Positions 9,534 to 19,175 of a stretch of 64,000 nucleotides of DNA are shown here, in pieces. The position numbers and the translations under genes were made by a program. How positions within the stretch are numbered: the first letter of the stretch is position 1; every line of letters begins with the position of its first letter. This stretch comes from Candidatus Woesearchaeota archaeon (lineage in GTDB: Archaea; Nanobdellota; Nanobdellia; Pacearchaeales; GW2011-AR1). The notes under the pieces are model-generated. The model was given only the letters and a program-made list of their open reading frames with translations, did not search any database and had not been told where the DNA came from. The stretch spans positions 2,762-66,761 of the forward strand of contig CAZNUV010000005.1 of assembly GCA_964576755.1 (NCBI GenBank). Reading direction: 5' to 3'.

Positions 9534-10424
9534 ATGGCAAAAAAATTTGAATTGAATTTCCCAAAGGCTATTTCTGAATTTGAAAGCGCATTAAAAACTT
9601 TCCAGTTACAGAAAGTAGTTTATAGAAGGCTCTTTCGTGCAAAAGGTTTAGAATTTAATTCTTATAGAAAATTTGAACCTGATGATGATGCAGCTTTAAT
9701 TGATTGGAAAGCTAGTCTTAGGGCAAATGATTTACTTGCAAGAGAATACATAGAAGAAGGAGATAAAGAGATTTATTTTATATTGGATGTTAGTAATAGT
9801 ATGCTTTTTGGTTCTAATAAAAAGTTAAAATCAGAATATGCTGCAGAAATGTTTGCAGCCTTAGCACATTTAATTTTAACCTCCAGAGACAAGGTAGGCT
9901 TGATTATGTTTTCTAATAATCTTGTTAAGATTATTAGGCCTGGAAATGGATTAAAACATTTTTTTATTCTTTCAAAATTTGTATCAAATCCAGAACTTTA
10001 TGGTGGTGGAATGGATTTAGAACAAGCATTATTAGAGGTTTTCAAGTTAGTACAGAGCTCATATGCTGCAGTAATTATTATCTCTGATTTTATTCATATA
10101 AAGACAAATTTTGCTAGAATCTTAAGAATGATTTCTCTTAAATATGAAACTATTGCTTTAATGGTTAGAGATAAATTTGATGAAGAATTACCAAATATAG
10201 CCCAACAATTAGTTATTCAAGACCCTTATTCAAAAAAACAATTAGTTATCGATCAAAAATTAGTTTCAAAAAGATATAATGAAAATGCATTAAGACAAAA
10301 ACAAAAAATGGAAAAAATATTTCAGGAATCTGGAGTAGATTATTTAGATTTAAAAATAGATAAATCTTTTGTAATTCCATTAGTGGCATTTTTAAAATCA
10401 AGAGCAAGGGAGGCTATTGCATAA
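9534..10424 (+). CDS. DUF58 (vWA-like) protein, MoxR partner
   Basis: 296-aa ORF 5 nt after moxR. DUF58-typical core YRKFEPDDDAALIDWKASLR and FILDVSNSM. The MoxR-DUF58 gene order is canonical. Confidence 0.8.
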   Translation: MAKKFELNFPKAISEFESALKTFQLQKVVYRRLFRAKGLEFNSYRKFEPDDDAALIDWKASLRANDLLAREYIEEGDKEIYFILDVSNSMLFGSNKKLKSEYAAEMFAALAHLILTSRDKVGLIMFSNNLVKIIRPGNGLKHFFILSKFVSNPELYGGGMDLEQALLEVFKLVQSSYAAVIIISDFIHIKTNFARILRMISLKYETIALMVRDKFDEELPNIAQQLVIQDPYSKKQLVIDQKLVSKRYNENALRQKQKMEKIFQESGVDYLDLKIDKSFVIPLVAFLKSRAREAIA

Positions 10425-10447
10425 TCTTTTGCATAAGATAAATAGAA

Positions 10448-11374
10448 ATGGCCGGAATATATTTTTTATACCCTCAATTGTTACTTCTTTTATTAGTTAT
10501 ACCTTTATTCATAATGATATACTTTTTTGGACTTTTCTATAATAAAAAGAAAGCAATTGTTTTTGCAAATTTTGAAGCATTAGAAAGAATCTCTGATGTA
10601 GAGATATTCTCTAAGCATTTTGTAGAACTTTATTTTAATATTGCCATATTAGCCTTAATTGTTTTTGCTATAGCTGGACCTGTCTTATATTTTAATGCAG
10701 AAACTAGTTCTTTTAGTTATGTTCTTGCTATTGATAATTCTGGGAGTATGAAAACTGCAGATATTTATCCAAATAGGTTAGATAGTGCAAAAGAATCTGC
10801 AAAGAGGTTTGTTGATTTACTTCCAATAGCTACTGAGATATCAGTTTTAGAATTTTCAGGAGATGCAAAAATATTACAGGAAATGGATGTTTCTAAATTT
10901 AAAACTAAACTTGCAATTGATTCTATAAACTTTGGAAATGTTGAGGGTACAAATATTTACAATTCTATTTTAACTGCAAATGAAATATTTGGAGATAGAA
11001 ATCGGAAAGCGTTGATTATAATTAGTGATGGGCAATTAAATGTTAGAGATACCCCTGAGATAATAAGGTATGCAACTAAAAACTCAATAATTATCTACAC
11101 TATTGCAATAGGAACTGAAGAAGGTGGATTGACAGAATTTGATACTATTTCTAAAACAGATAAGGATATTTTACAATCTCTTGCATTTAATACAGGGGGC
11201 CAATTTTTTGAAGCAGAGTCTTTAGATGAAATAGATAATTCTTTTGATGAACTATTAACTCAAATAAATCTTGAAGTATATATTGATATATCTTTTTATC
11301 TTTTGTTAGGGGTTTTAGGACTATTTGTAATTAATTGGCTTTTACATAATGTTAGATTTAGAACAATCCCTTAA
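10448..11374 (+). CDS. Membrane-anchored von Willebrand factor A protein (BatA-like)
   Basis: N-terminal TM helices, MIDAS motif LAIDNSGSM, SDG...T motif (IIISDGQ), and a C-terminal TM. Third member of the MoxR/DUF58/vWA triad. Confidence 0.8.
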   Translation: MAGIYFLYPQLLLLLLVIPLFIMIYFFGLFYNKKKAIVFANFEALERISDVEIFSKHFVELYFNIAILALIVFAIAGPVLYFNAETSSFSYVLAIDNSGSMKTADIYPNRLDSAKESAKRFVDLLPIATEISVLEFSGDAKILQEMDVSKFKTKLAIDSINFGNVEGTNIYNSILTANEIFGDRNRKALIIISDGQLNVRDTPEIIRYATKNSIIIYTIAIGTEEGGLTEFDTISKTDKDILQSLAFNTGGQFFEAESLDEIDNSFDELLTQINLEVYIDISFYLLLGVLGLFVINWLLHNVRFRTIP

Positions 11375-11379
11375 TTTAT

Positions 11380-12522
11380 CTATAAAAGTTCTATATTAAA
11401 ATATTTTTCTTGTTCTTTTGAAATAGCAATTCTTGTTAAAAGTTCTTCTGTTAGTCTATTATATATTTCAATATAGCTTTGACCTTCATAAACTCCCCAT
11501 TTGGTATATATATCTATTTGGGAAGAACATTTATTTGACTCATAAAATGAAGAAACACATTTATTTTTATCCCTACACGTTCGATATTTTATCCCTGATA
11601 AAGTTATTTCTGGAGAAAGGATATTTATAAAATTATAATCTACTTCACAGCTGCTCCATGATTCACAAAGAATATCAGGAATACAATTATCTGTTTTTTT
11701 AGAATAACAAGCTATTTTTTCTGGTTTATGATATGTTGTCCCACAGCTATTTTTATCCTTGCAGGAGGGTGTTGAATACTCTGAATTACATTTTGACCAT
11801 TGACATTCCCAATTTTCAGTACAAGAGCCATTACAATATTTTGTAGAACTAGGAATGTTTATAGAGACGATGCAGTTATTTTTATCTTTACATATTCTTT
11901 TCTGTACTCCATTAACACATTCTTCCCAGTTTCCACAATTCCAAGTAGATTTACATTTTAAATCAAGAATTTGATTCTCATTAAATAATTCTTCTGGAAG
12001 AATATCTGCCGCACTTGGACTATAAGGAACAATATCTTCTTCTTTTAATTTTGTAGAAATATCTTGTAAAAAAATTGCAATAGATAGATTAGTATTAGCG
12101 GTTTGACTACAATTTTTAATTATAATTGTTTTAGATTCATTGCATATATTTTTATTTCTGATGGTTCCAGTAAGAAATAATTCTGCTTTGTTTGGATTGA
12201 TTTGTGATGAGGTTTTATATATTTTAAATCCATCATTTTCAGGAAATGTTGTTGATTTGAAATTTTGATTGGAAAACTTTAAATCAAAGTCCTTTAAATT
12301 ATAATCGTCCTCTAATCGTTTTATTGTAAGCATTATATTTTTGGAATCTGGATGATAACATGCTTCTATTTCTAATCTTCTTATATCATTCCAGGGAACA
12401 CAAGATTCTTCATTACTAGCAGATGGCTGTTTTTTAAAATTATTCAATGCAAGATAAATAAAAACAGCAGCAATTAAAATCAGGGATATAATTACTGCAA
12501 TAGTTACTAATTTATTTTTCAT
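11380..12522 (-). CDS. Secreted Cys-rich repeat protein with N-terminal TM anchor
   Basis: 380-aa ORF with N-terminal TM (LVTIAVIISLILIAAVFIYLAL). Three tandem modules of the form C-x3-W-x-C-x2-W-x2-C...C-(K/R)-D-K-N-x-C. Confidence 0.55.
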   Translation of the reverse strand: MKNKLVTIAVIISLILIAAVFIYLALNNFKKQPSASNEESCVPWNDIRRLEIEACYHPDSKNIMLTIKRLEDDYNLKDFDLKFSNQNFKSTTFPENDGFKIYKTSSQINPNKAELFLTGTIRNKNICNESKTIIIKNCSQTANTNLSIAIFLQDISTKLKEEDIVPYSPSAADILPEELFNENQILDLKCKSTWNCGNWEECVNGVQKRICKDKNNCIVSINIPSSTKYCNGSCTENWECQWSKCNSEYSTPSCKDKNSCGTTYHKPEKIACYSKKTDNCIPDILCESWSSCEVDYNFINILSPEITLSGIKYRTCRDKNKCVSSFYESNKCSSQIDIYTKWGVYEGQSYIEIYNRLTEELLTRIAISKEQEKYFNIELL

Positions 12523-12525
12523 ATT

Positions 12526-12981
12526 TTACTCTTTCTTAATAAGAAGGTATCTTTTTTGTTTTATTAATTCAGATATTTCAGATATTACTGATTTAACTTT
12601 ATTGTCTGTAAATCTTTGTTGAGTATAATAGATTTTTAACATTCTTTCACAGAATCTTTGTGCTTCTTCATCTCTAATTTTTTTAAAATATTTGGATAGT
12701 TCTGCATAGTTTGCATTTTCTTTTGTTCCATAAATATCATGAAAGAATTTTTTTGCAACTCTGTCTATTTCAAACATTTTTTTAGAAGTTTGTTTCTTAG
12801 ATTTTGATACTCTTTCAAGATCGATAATATATATTATTTGATTCTTTTTCTTCTTTTTAAATTCAAATTTGAATTTTAATTCTATGATCATTAATATCAC
12901 CGCAGCTGTTAAGGTAATTACTCCTACAGTAATTAGAAGAAAGATTGGGCTTGTAATCACATTCAATACCTCTTTTATCAT
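12526..12981 (-). CDS. Small membrane-anchored hypothetical protein
   Basis: 151-aa ORF with one N-terminal TM helix and a Lys-rich helical remainder. Lies directly upstream (3 nt) of the Cys-rich gene on the same strand. Confidence 0.45.
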   Translation of the reverse strand: MIKEVLNVITSPIFLLITVGVITLTAAVILMIIELKFKFEFKKKKKNQIIYIIDLERVSKSKKQTSKKMFEIDRVAKKFFHDIYGTKENANYAELSKYFKKIRDEEAQRFCERMLKIYYTQQRFTDNKVKSVISEISELIKQKRYLLIKKE

Positions 12982-13097
12982 CCTTGTTATAGGAAATAAG
13001 CATATAAAAATCTTATCAATACTCTATTAAGGTAGAGGTTAATTATTTCATTTTTCATTTCAGTTAAATTTAAAAACTATTTTTGCAAGTTAAAATT

Positions 13098-13340
13098 ATG
13101 GTTAATGGAATAGAAAGACCTTTAGATCTTTTGAATGCATCAAAAGGTAAGGAAATTTTGGTGCAGTTGAAGAATGGTAAGCAACTCGTTGGAACGCTTT
13201 TAGCATTTGATATCCACATTAACGTGGTTTTAGATAATGCGAAAGAAGTTGAAAACAGTGAACAGACAAAGAACTATGGGCTAACCTTTTTACGAGGAGA
13301 TACGATAATTTTTATCTCTCCTTCAAATGTAAAAGAGTAG
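13098..13340 (+). CDS. Sm-like (LSm/SmAP) RNA-binding protein
   Basis: Sm1/Sm2 signature: PLDLLNASKGKEILVQLKNGKQLVGTLLAFDIHINVVLDNA...FLRGDTIIFISP. The ORF track starts at a TTG (13083). The ATG at 13098 is preferred. Confidence 0.85.
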   Translation: MVNGIERPLDLLNASKGKEILVQLKNGKQLVGTLLAFDIHINVVLDNAKEVENSEQTKNYGLTFLRGDTIIFISPSNVKE

Positions 13341-13413
13341 GCGTTGGTCGTGTTTAATTTTCGCTGCGACAGAGATTTTCTCTGTGTTTTAGCTTAAGAT
13401 AGTTTGAACTTTT

Positions 13414-14619
13414 TTAATTTTTTCTTCGGGATTCTATTATTCTCTTAATTTTTAAAGAAATGATTGATAAAATTAGCATCCCTATTCCATAGATTAAAAA
13501 GATGAACTTCATATTTAAAAATAGTAAAACTAATCCAGCTATTAGTTCTCCTGTTAAACCTCCAATATCTAATGCAGTGTTATAAGGAGCATAATATCTT
13601 TGAGATTGTTTTCTCTTCATAATATCAAAAAAATAAGACTCAGTAGTAGACTCTGTCATTGCAAGCCCAATACTGGCCATTACTAAAATGGACATTATAA
13701 AAAAGATATTTGTAGATAAGAAACATATAAAACATAATATTCCTGGGATTAAAAATCCAATAAAAAATAATGGTTTATATCCTCTTTTACAAGCTAATTT
13801 TCCAAAGTAATATTCTAGACAAACTAAAGGGATTACTACTGCAAATAAAAAATACCCTACATAAGAGACCTCTAAGCTTTGAATTATCATTAAAGGCATA
13901 TAAATGAATATTAAAGACCACCAGAATGTAAGTCCTGCACTTAGATAATAAATTCTTCTCCTGTTTTTGTCTTTAAAAAAATCAAAGAAATTTTTAAATG
14001 GATTTGTATCTAATCTCTTTTTTATTCCAGCATCTTTTATTTTTGAAAAGTTTAATATTATCACTGAAACAAAGAGGAATAATGCTCCAAATATGAACAC
14101 AGAGTTAATGTTCCAGATTGCTAAGAGGACTCCTGCAATTAATGGGCCTAAAACATATGCAAAGTTTGAAAATGTGTACATTAAACCTTCGTTTTCAGAG
14201 AGATTTTTCTTTTTAGAATTATGTTCTATTAATAATCCTAGTGAAGTTATTTTTATAGATGCAGCAACAGTTACAATTAGTGCTACTAAAATTAAAAGAG
14301 AAAAATGTTGAATTAAACTATATGAAAAATATCCTATCATTAGCAAAACTAAACTAATTGAACTGAGTTTTATCTTGTTTGATTTTTCAATTAAAGGGAT
14401 TATCAAGAAATAAGATAAAAAAGATATAAACATTAAGAAGGAAGAAAATAATCCAACATAGGCAGGATTATTAAAAAAACTGTTAAGATATAATGACCAA
14501 ACAGTACTAATTAAAGAAAATGCTATTGCTCCTGAAAAAACAATCAACCCAAGTCTTAGAATTGGCCTATTTAATTTAAAACTTCTTTTTATTTTTAATC
14601 TAGTTGTTTGATGGACCAT
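13414..14619 (-). CDS. MFS-type transporter
   Basis: 401 aa with about 12 hydrophobic segments in two halves separated by a basic loop (KDAGIKKRLDTNPFKNFFDFFKDKNRRR). Substrate unknown. Confidence 0.65.
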   Translation of the reverse strand: MVHQTTRLKIKRSFKLNRPILRLGLIVFSGAIAFSLISTVWSLYLNSFFNNPAYVGLFSSFLMFISFLSYFLIIPLIEKSNKIKLSSISLVLLMIGYFSYSLIQHFSLLILVALIVTVAASIKITSLGLLIEHNSKKKNLSENEGLMYTFSNFAYVLGPLIAGVLLAIWNINSVFIFGALFLFVSVIILNFSKIKDAGIKKRLDTNPFKNFFDFFKDKNRRRIYYLSAGLTFWWSLIFIYMPLMIIQSLEVSYVGYFLFAVVIPLVCLEYYFGKLACKRGYKPLFFIGFLIPGILCFICFLSTNIFFIMSILVMASIGLAMTESTTESYFFDIMKRKQSQRYYAPYNTALDIGGLTGELIAGLVLLFLNMKFIFLIYGIGMLILSIISLKIKRIIESRRKN

Positions 14620-14648
14620 ATTTTACAAATTTTTTAAGATTATTAGAT

Positions 14649-15590
14649 TTATAATTCAATTTTATCAAGGTCTTGAGCAATTTCAGTTTTCTTAAATATT
14701 TTTTTAGCTTGGTGTAATATTTCTTCCTGCTGATTTTTTGTTTCATACCTTTGACTTAAATGAGTTAATATTAATCTCTTAGACTTTGATTGTTTTGCAA
14801 TTTCTGCAGATTGTGTTGAAGTAAGGTGTGCATGTTGTTTTGCAAGTTCTTCTTCTCCTAGCCCATATGTTGCTTCACAAATAAGAATATCTGCTTCTTT
14901 TGAGATTTGTATTGCATGTGCATTCTGACGAGTATCCATAATAAAGGTAATCTTTTTTTGAGGTTCTGTAAAAATAATTTTTTTACCATCGATAGTTTTA
15001 TTATCTATTTTTACTTTTTTACCGTTTAGTAATTCTTTTATTAATGGGCCTGATTGAATATTTAATTTTTCTAATTTTTTCTTATCTAATCTTTGTTTTT
15101 GTTTCAATACAAATGAATAAGCTATACAAGGCATATCATGTTGCATTTCTTTTGCTTCTATGAAAAATTCTTTTTCATCTATAATTTTTCCATCTTCTAT
15201 AATTTCCTTAACTTTAACATTAAATTTTTTATTCTGTTTTTTAGAGATATCTAAATACCATTTCATAAATAAATCTAAAAGTTTTTCCATTTTTTGTTTT
15301 GTTCCACGTGGACCATAGATTTCTAGTGTTTTATTATATCCATTTAACATTAATGTTTGTAATAAGCCCGGAATTCCAAGAATATGGTCTCCATGCCAGT
15401 GAGTTATCAGAATTTTAGTTAGTTTACATGGATTTAATTTTGCTTTTCTAAATTGTCTTTGCGTTCCTTCTCCACAATCTATTAAAATGTTTTCTGATTT
15501 ATATTGAAGTAGCATGGCCGGATGATTTCTCCTTACAGTAGGAACTGCACTGCCTGTCCCTAACATTGTTAGTTGTATTTTTTCTGCCAT
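14649..15590 (-). CDS. rnz: Ribonuclease Z (tRNA 3' endonuclease, metallo-beta-lactamase fold)
   Basis: N-terminus LTMLGTGSAVPT...RNHPAMLL, the HxHxDH motif (THWHGDHILG) and C-terminal LILTHLSQRY. Confidence 0.85.
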   Translation of the reverse strand: MAEKIQLTMLGTGSAVPTVRRNHPAMLLQYKSENILIDCGEGTQRQFRKAKLNPCKLTKILITHWHGDHILGIPGLLQTLMLNGYNKTLEIYGPRGTKQKMEKLLDLFMKWYLDISKKQNKKFNVKVKEIIEDGKIIDEKEFFIEAKEMQHDMPCIAYSFVLKQKQRLDKKKLEKLNIQSGPLIKELLNGKKVKIDNKTIDGKKIIFTEPQKKITFIMDTRQNAHAIQISKEADILICEATYGLGEEELAKQHAHLTSTQSAEIAKQSKSKRLILTHLSQRYETKNQQEEILHQAKKIFKKTEIAQDLDKIEL

Positions 15591-15717
15591 ATTTATTAAA
15601 AGAGAAAAGGGTTTTTATTCTTATCTTATTATTATCAATTCGGAAATAACTATTGGAGTTTTATTATAATAATTCATTTTATGGGTTTATCATAACTCTT
15701 TTCCCAGAAAGGTTTTA

Positions 15718-15788
15718 AGCAGTAGCCAGGATTTGCACCTGGGATCAGCGGGTTGCAGCCGCTTGCCTTGCTGCTTGGCTACTACTGC
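15718..15788 (-). tRNA. tRNA-Cys (GCA)
   Basis: Hand-folded cloverleaf on the minus strand. Acceptor GCAGTAG/CTACTGC, anticodon stem AGCGG/CCGCT with loop CTGCAAC, T-arm CCAGG-TGCAAAT-CCTGG. No encoded CCA. Confidence 0.85.
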
Positions 15789-15864
15789 AAGTGGTATGAA
15801 AACTCAAAGAAAAGGTAATTTTTAAACTTAGTTATTTGATTAAATCAATAAAATTAGTAGATAA

Positions 15865-15940
15865 TGCCCCTGACAGGATTTGAACCTGCGACTTCTAGCT
15901 TAGAAGGCTAGCACTCTAATCCAGGCTGAGTTACAAGGGC
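15865..15940 (-). tRNA. tRNA-Arg (TCT)
   Basis: Minus-strand cloverleaf. Acceptor GCCCTTG/CAGGGGC, anticodon stem CTAGC/GCTAG with loop CTTCTAA, T-arm GCAGG-TTCAAAT-CCTGT. Confidence 0.85.
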
Positions 15941-16065
15941 ATAATATTATTCTGCAAGTTTTGTATATAAAGGTTTTGCAAAGTATTGTAGTGCCTAATT
16001 TAAACTGATTTTCTTTGTGTAGAGGGTAACAAAACATTTATATATCTAAATGTAGTGGGTAAGAT

Positions 16066-17745
16066 ATGTTTATTGTTAAAAAGAACATTAAAGATAAAGA
16101 ATATTTTTATCTACGAGAATCTCACAGGGAAAATGGTAAGGTTGTTTCAAAAACTACAGCTTATCTTGGAAAAACAAAAAAGCAAGCAGAAGAAAAAATG
16201 AAAGAAATAATAAAAGAAAAAGAACTTGGAAAAACAAAAAAAATAGAAATAAAAGATTTAGAAAACAAGGTTAAAAATAAACCTATAACAATTGAAGAGC
16301 TTGCTAATTTTTGTAAGAGAAAGGGATTTGTATTTAGGTCCAGTGATATTTATGGTGGTTTGTCTGGTTTTTGGGATTTAGGTCCTCTTGGGATTGAATT
16401 GTTTAATAATATTAAAGATAATTGGATGAATTTTTTTGTGCAACAAAAAGATAACATGGTTGCAATTGAAGCAAGTATTATTTCTCATCCAAGAACATGG
16501 AAAGCTTCAGGACATCTAAAGAGTTTTTCAGATATTGCAGTTACCTGTAAATCTTGTAAAAATAGAACTAAGATAGATAAATCTGAACTAGGAAAAATTA
16601 AATGTGAAAAGTGTGGAGGAGAATTTGAAAGCCAAGGAGAGTTTAATCTTTTATTTAAAACAAATGTTGGTGCACTCGATTCAGAAGAGGCATATCTCCG
16701 AGGTGAAACAGCACAAGGAATTTTTATGGATTTTAAGTTAGTTGCAGAGACAGCAAGAATGCAATTGCCTTTTGGAATTGCTCAAGTTGGAAAGTGTTTT
16801 AGAAACGAGATTGCTCCAAGAGATTTTTTATTTAGAAGCAGAGAGTTTAATATTGCTGAGTTTGAATTTTTTATAAATCCAAATGAAACAAAGTGTAATC
16901 TTTTAAAAAAAGAACATTTAAATTTAAAAATAAAATTTTTAGACTCTGAAACTCAAGAAAAAAATAAACAAGATATAAAAGAATCGAGTATTTGGGAATT
17001 GTTAAAAAAGAAGAAACTTGGAGAGTGGCATGCCTATTGGCTTGCAGAACAGATTAAATGGTTTTATTCTCTAGGACTTAAAAAAATTAAAATAAGAGAA
17101 CATACATCAGATGAACTCTCTCATTATTCTAGTGCTACATTTGATATTGATTACGAGTATCCTTTTGGTTCAAAAGAAGTCTCAGGTATTGCTAATCGTG
17201 GACAATATGATTTAACACAACATGTGAAAGAGAGCAAACAGAAACTAGAACTATTTGACGAAAAGACAAAACAGAAAGTAATCCCTAGAGTAATAGAACC
17301 TACTTTTGGTATGGAGAGAGTTTTCTTAGCTGTTTTGAGTAATGCTTATAGTTTTGATGAACAAAGAAATAATATTGTCTTAAAAATTCCTTCAAATTTA
17401 GCTCCTATTAAAGCATCAGTTTTTCCAATAATTAAAAAACCAGATTATGAAAAACTTGCAAATAGTATTGTTCATGATTTAAAAAAAGAGTTTAACATTT
17501 TGTATGATAAGGGTGGAAGTATTGGTCGAAGATATGCTAGAAATGATGAAATAGGGACGCCTTATTGTATCACGATTGATGAAGACTCTTTAAAGAAAAA
17601 AGATGTAACAATAAGAGACAGAGATACCACTAAACAAATTAGAGTTAAGGTTAGTGACTTAAAAGATATACTTAGAAGATTAATAAACCAAGAGTTAAAA
17701 TTTGAAAAGGCCGGCAAATTAGTTGAAACAAGAGTTAAAGAGTAA
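16066..17745 (+). CDS. glyS: Glycyl-tRNA synthetase (archaeal/eukaryotic alpha2 type) with an N-terminal extension
   Basis: The GlyRS core starts near residue 75 (LANFCKRKGFVFRSSDIYGGLSGFWDLGPLG), followed by class II motifs (FRNEIAPR, GMERV) and an anticodon-binding domain (GRRYARNDEIGTPYCITID). Confidence 0.9.
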   Translation: MFIVKKNIKDKEYFYLRESHRENGKVVSKTTAYLGKTKKQAEEKMKEIIKEKELGKTKKIEIKDLENKVKNKPITIEELANFCKRKGFVFRSSDIYGGLSGFWDLGPLGIELFNNIKDNWMNFFVQQKDNMVAIEASIISHPRTWKASGHLKSFSDIAVTCKSCKNRTKIDKSELGKIKCEKCGGEFESQGEFNLLFKTNVGALDSEEAYLRGETAQGIFMDFKLVAETARMQLPFGIAQVGKCFRNEIAPRDFLFRSREFNIAEFEFFINPNETKCNLLKKEHLNLKIKFLDSETQEKNKQDIKESSIWELLKKKKLGEWHAYWLAEQIKWFYSLGLKKIKIREHTSDELSHYSSATFDIDYEYPFGSKEVSGIANRGQYDLTQHVKESKQKLELFDEKTKQKVIPRVIEPTFGMERVFLAVLSNAYSFDEQRNNIVLKIPSNLAPIKASVFPIIKKPDYEKLANSIVHDLKKEFNILYDKGGSIGRRYARNDEIGTPYCITIDEDSLKKKDVTIRDRDTTKQIRVKVSDLKDILRRLINQELKFEKAGKLVETRVKE

Positions 17746-17788
17746 ATATTAAAAAGCATGATTGATTTATAATCTTAAGAGGCGATAA

Positions 17789-18586
17789 ATGGCAGAAGTA
17801 ATTGGGTTTATTTCTATTAAAGGAGGTGTTGGTAAAACAACTTTAGCATTAGAGACAGCTGCAAGTCTTGCAAATCATTTCAAAAAAAGAGTTTTAGTTA
17901 TTGATGCAAACTTTTCTGCTCCAAACTTAGGTTTATGGTTAGGAATCAAACCAGAATATACTCTTCATGACGTTTTAGCTGGAGATGCAGGCCCAGGGTT
18001 TGCAAATGCAATTCATCAAAGGCATAATTTTCATATTGTTCCTGCAGCAATGGAGTATAAAAAAGATGTAGACCCTTTTCGTTTGAAAAAAATTATTGAA
18101 AAAGTTAAAAATAGGTATGATTTTATTATTTTAGATTCTTCTCCAAATTATCATGAACTGATTCCGGTTATAGCTGCTGCAGATAAACTCTATGCTGTGA
18201 CAACTCCAGATCATGTGACACTAGGAACAACACTGAAGGCAGTAAGGCTAGCACAAAACAAGAAAGTTCCTGTAAAAGGAATTATCATTAATCGTGCAAG
18301 AAATCCTAAATTCGAGTATAGCGTTAGAGATATAGAAAAAAGAACAGAAATTCCTGTTTTAGCAAGAATTAGAGATAGTAAAGATATGGCCCGGTCTTTA
18401 TTTTTTCAAGTTCCTCTTACTATTGAAGATAGTGGACATCACATTTCTCAAGAAATTCAAAATTTTGCTTCTGCACTGTGCGGTGCTCCTGAAAAATCTC
18501 GTGGAATATTCTCAAGACTTTTTTCTTTTGGAAACTGGTCTGGAAAAGAAAAAATTAACCGAGAGCTATTCCGGAAGCAGCAATGA
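17789..18586 (+). CDS. ParA/MinD-family P-loop ATPase
   Basis: Deviant Walker A (SIKGGVGKTT) and Walker B-like DFIILDSSP. Confidence 0.8.
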   Translation: MAEVIGFISIKGGVGKTTLALETAASLANHFKKRVLVIDANFSAPNLGLWLGIKPEYTLHDVLAGDAGPGFANAIHQRHNFHIVPAAMEYKKDVDPFRLKKIIEKVKNRYDFIILDSSPNYHELIPVIAAADKLYAVTTPDHVTLGTTLKAVRLAQNKKVPVKGIIINRARNPKFEYSVRDIEKRTEIPVLARIRDSKDMARSLFFQVPLTIEDSGHHISQEIQNFASALCGAPEKSRGIFSRLFSFGNWSGKEKINRELFRKQQ

Positions 18587-18687
18587 AAGGAAAAATAGAA
18601 GTTTATTATTAGGTTTCTTATTGGTTGTGATTAGTTTTTTTGCTTTAATAGTATTAAATTTATAAATTTAAAAAATTAAGAAATAAT

Positions 18688-19089
18688 ATGGAAAAATGTA
18701 TTTTTTGTAAGATTGTAAAAGAAGAGATACCAAGTTATAAAATTTATGAAGACGATTTTGCTATTGCTATTTTAGATGCTTTTCCATGTGTGAAAGGTCA
18801 GGCCCTGATTATTCCAAAAAAACATGTTTCTCCTTCATTTCTTGATTTAAATGAGGAAGACTATACAAAATTAATGTTAATTACAAAAAAAATTGCAAAA
18901 GCTATTGATAAGTCTGTAGATTGTGTTAAAACAGGCTTAATGGTAGAGGGTCTTGAACTTAATCATGTTCATATTAAGGTTTTCCCTTTATCTAAAATTG
19001 GATTTAGTGAATATCCCAAAACACTAGATCCTAAACCACGCAATGAGGAAATGAAAGATATTCTTGAAAAGATTAAAAAAGAATTATAA
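18688..19089 (+). CDS. HIT-family (histidine triad) nucleotide hydrolase
   Basis: N-terminal CIFCKI motif and the histidine triad NHVHIKVFP. Confidence 0.85.
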   Translation: MEKCIFCKIVKEEIPSYKIYEDDFAIAILDAFPCVKGQALIIPKKHVSPSFLDLNEEDYTKLMLITKKIAKAIDKSVDCVKTGLMVEGLELNHVHIKVFPLSKIGFSEYPKTLDPKPRNEEMKDILEKIKKEL

Positions 19090-19103
19090 TCAAAAATTGA
19101 GAA

Positions 19104-19175
19104 TGGCTCTGGAGAGTGCTGACCTCTCGACCTCCGCCTCATGAGAGCGGCGCTCTACCGCTGAGCTACAGAGCC
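19104..19175 (-). tRNA. tRNA with CAT anticodon (elongator Met or Ile2), unusual T-loop
   Basis: Minus-strand cloverleaf. Acceptor GGCTCTG/CAGAGCC, D-arm GCTC-AGCGGTA-GAGC, anticodon stem CCGCT/GGCGG with loop CTCATGA, T-arm GAGAG-GTCAGCA-CTCTC. G1 argues against an archaeal initiator. Confidence 0.75.

Noticed and set aside
13083-13097. The TTG start proposed by the ORF track for the Sm-like gene.
   Set aside because: An ATG five codons downstream (13098) gives a protein of canonical SmAP length. The upstream residues (MQVKI) are not conserved-looking.
18423-18665. An 80-aa ORF overlapping the 3' end of the ParA/MinD gene in another frame.
   Set aside because: It overlaps 160 nt of a well-supported gene, and no motif supports it. 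The hydrophobic tail could be chance in AT-rich DNA.
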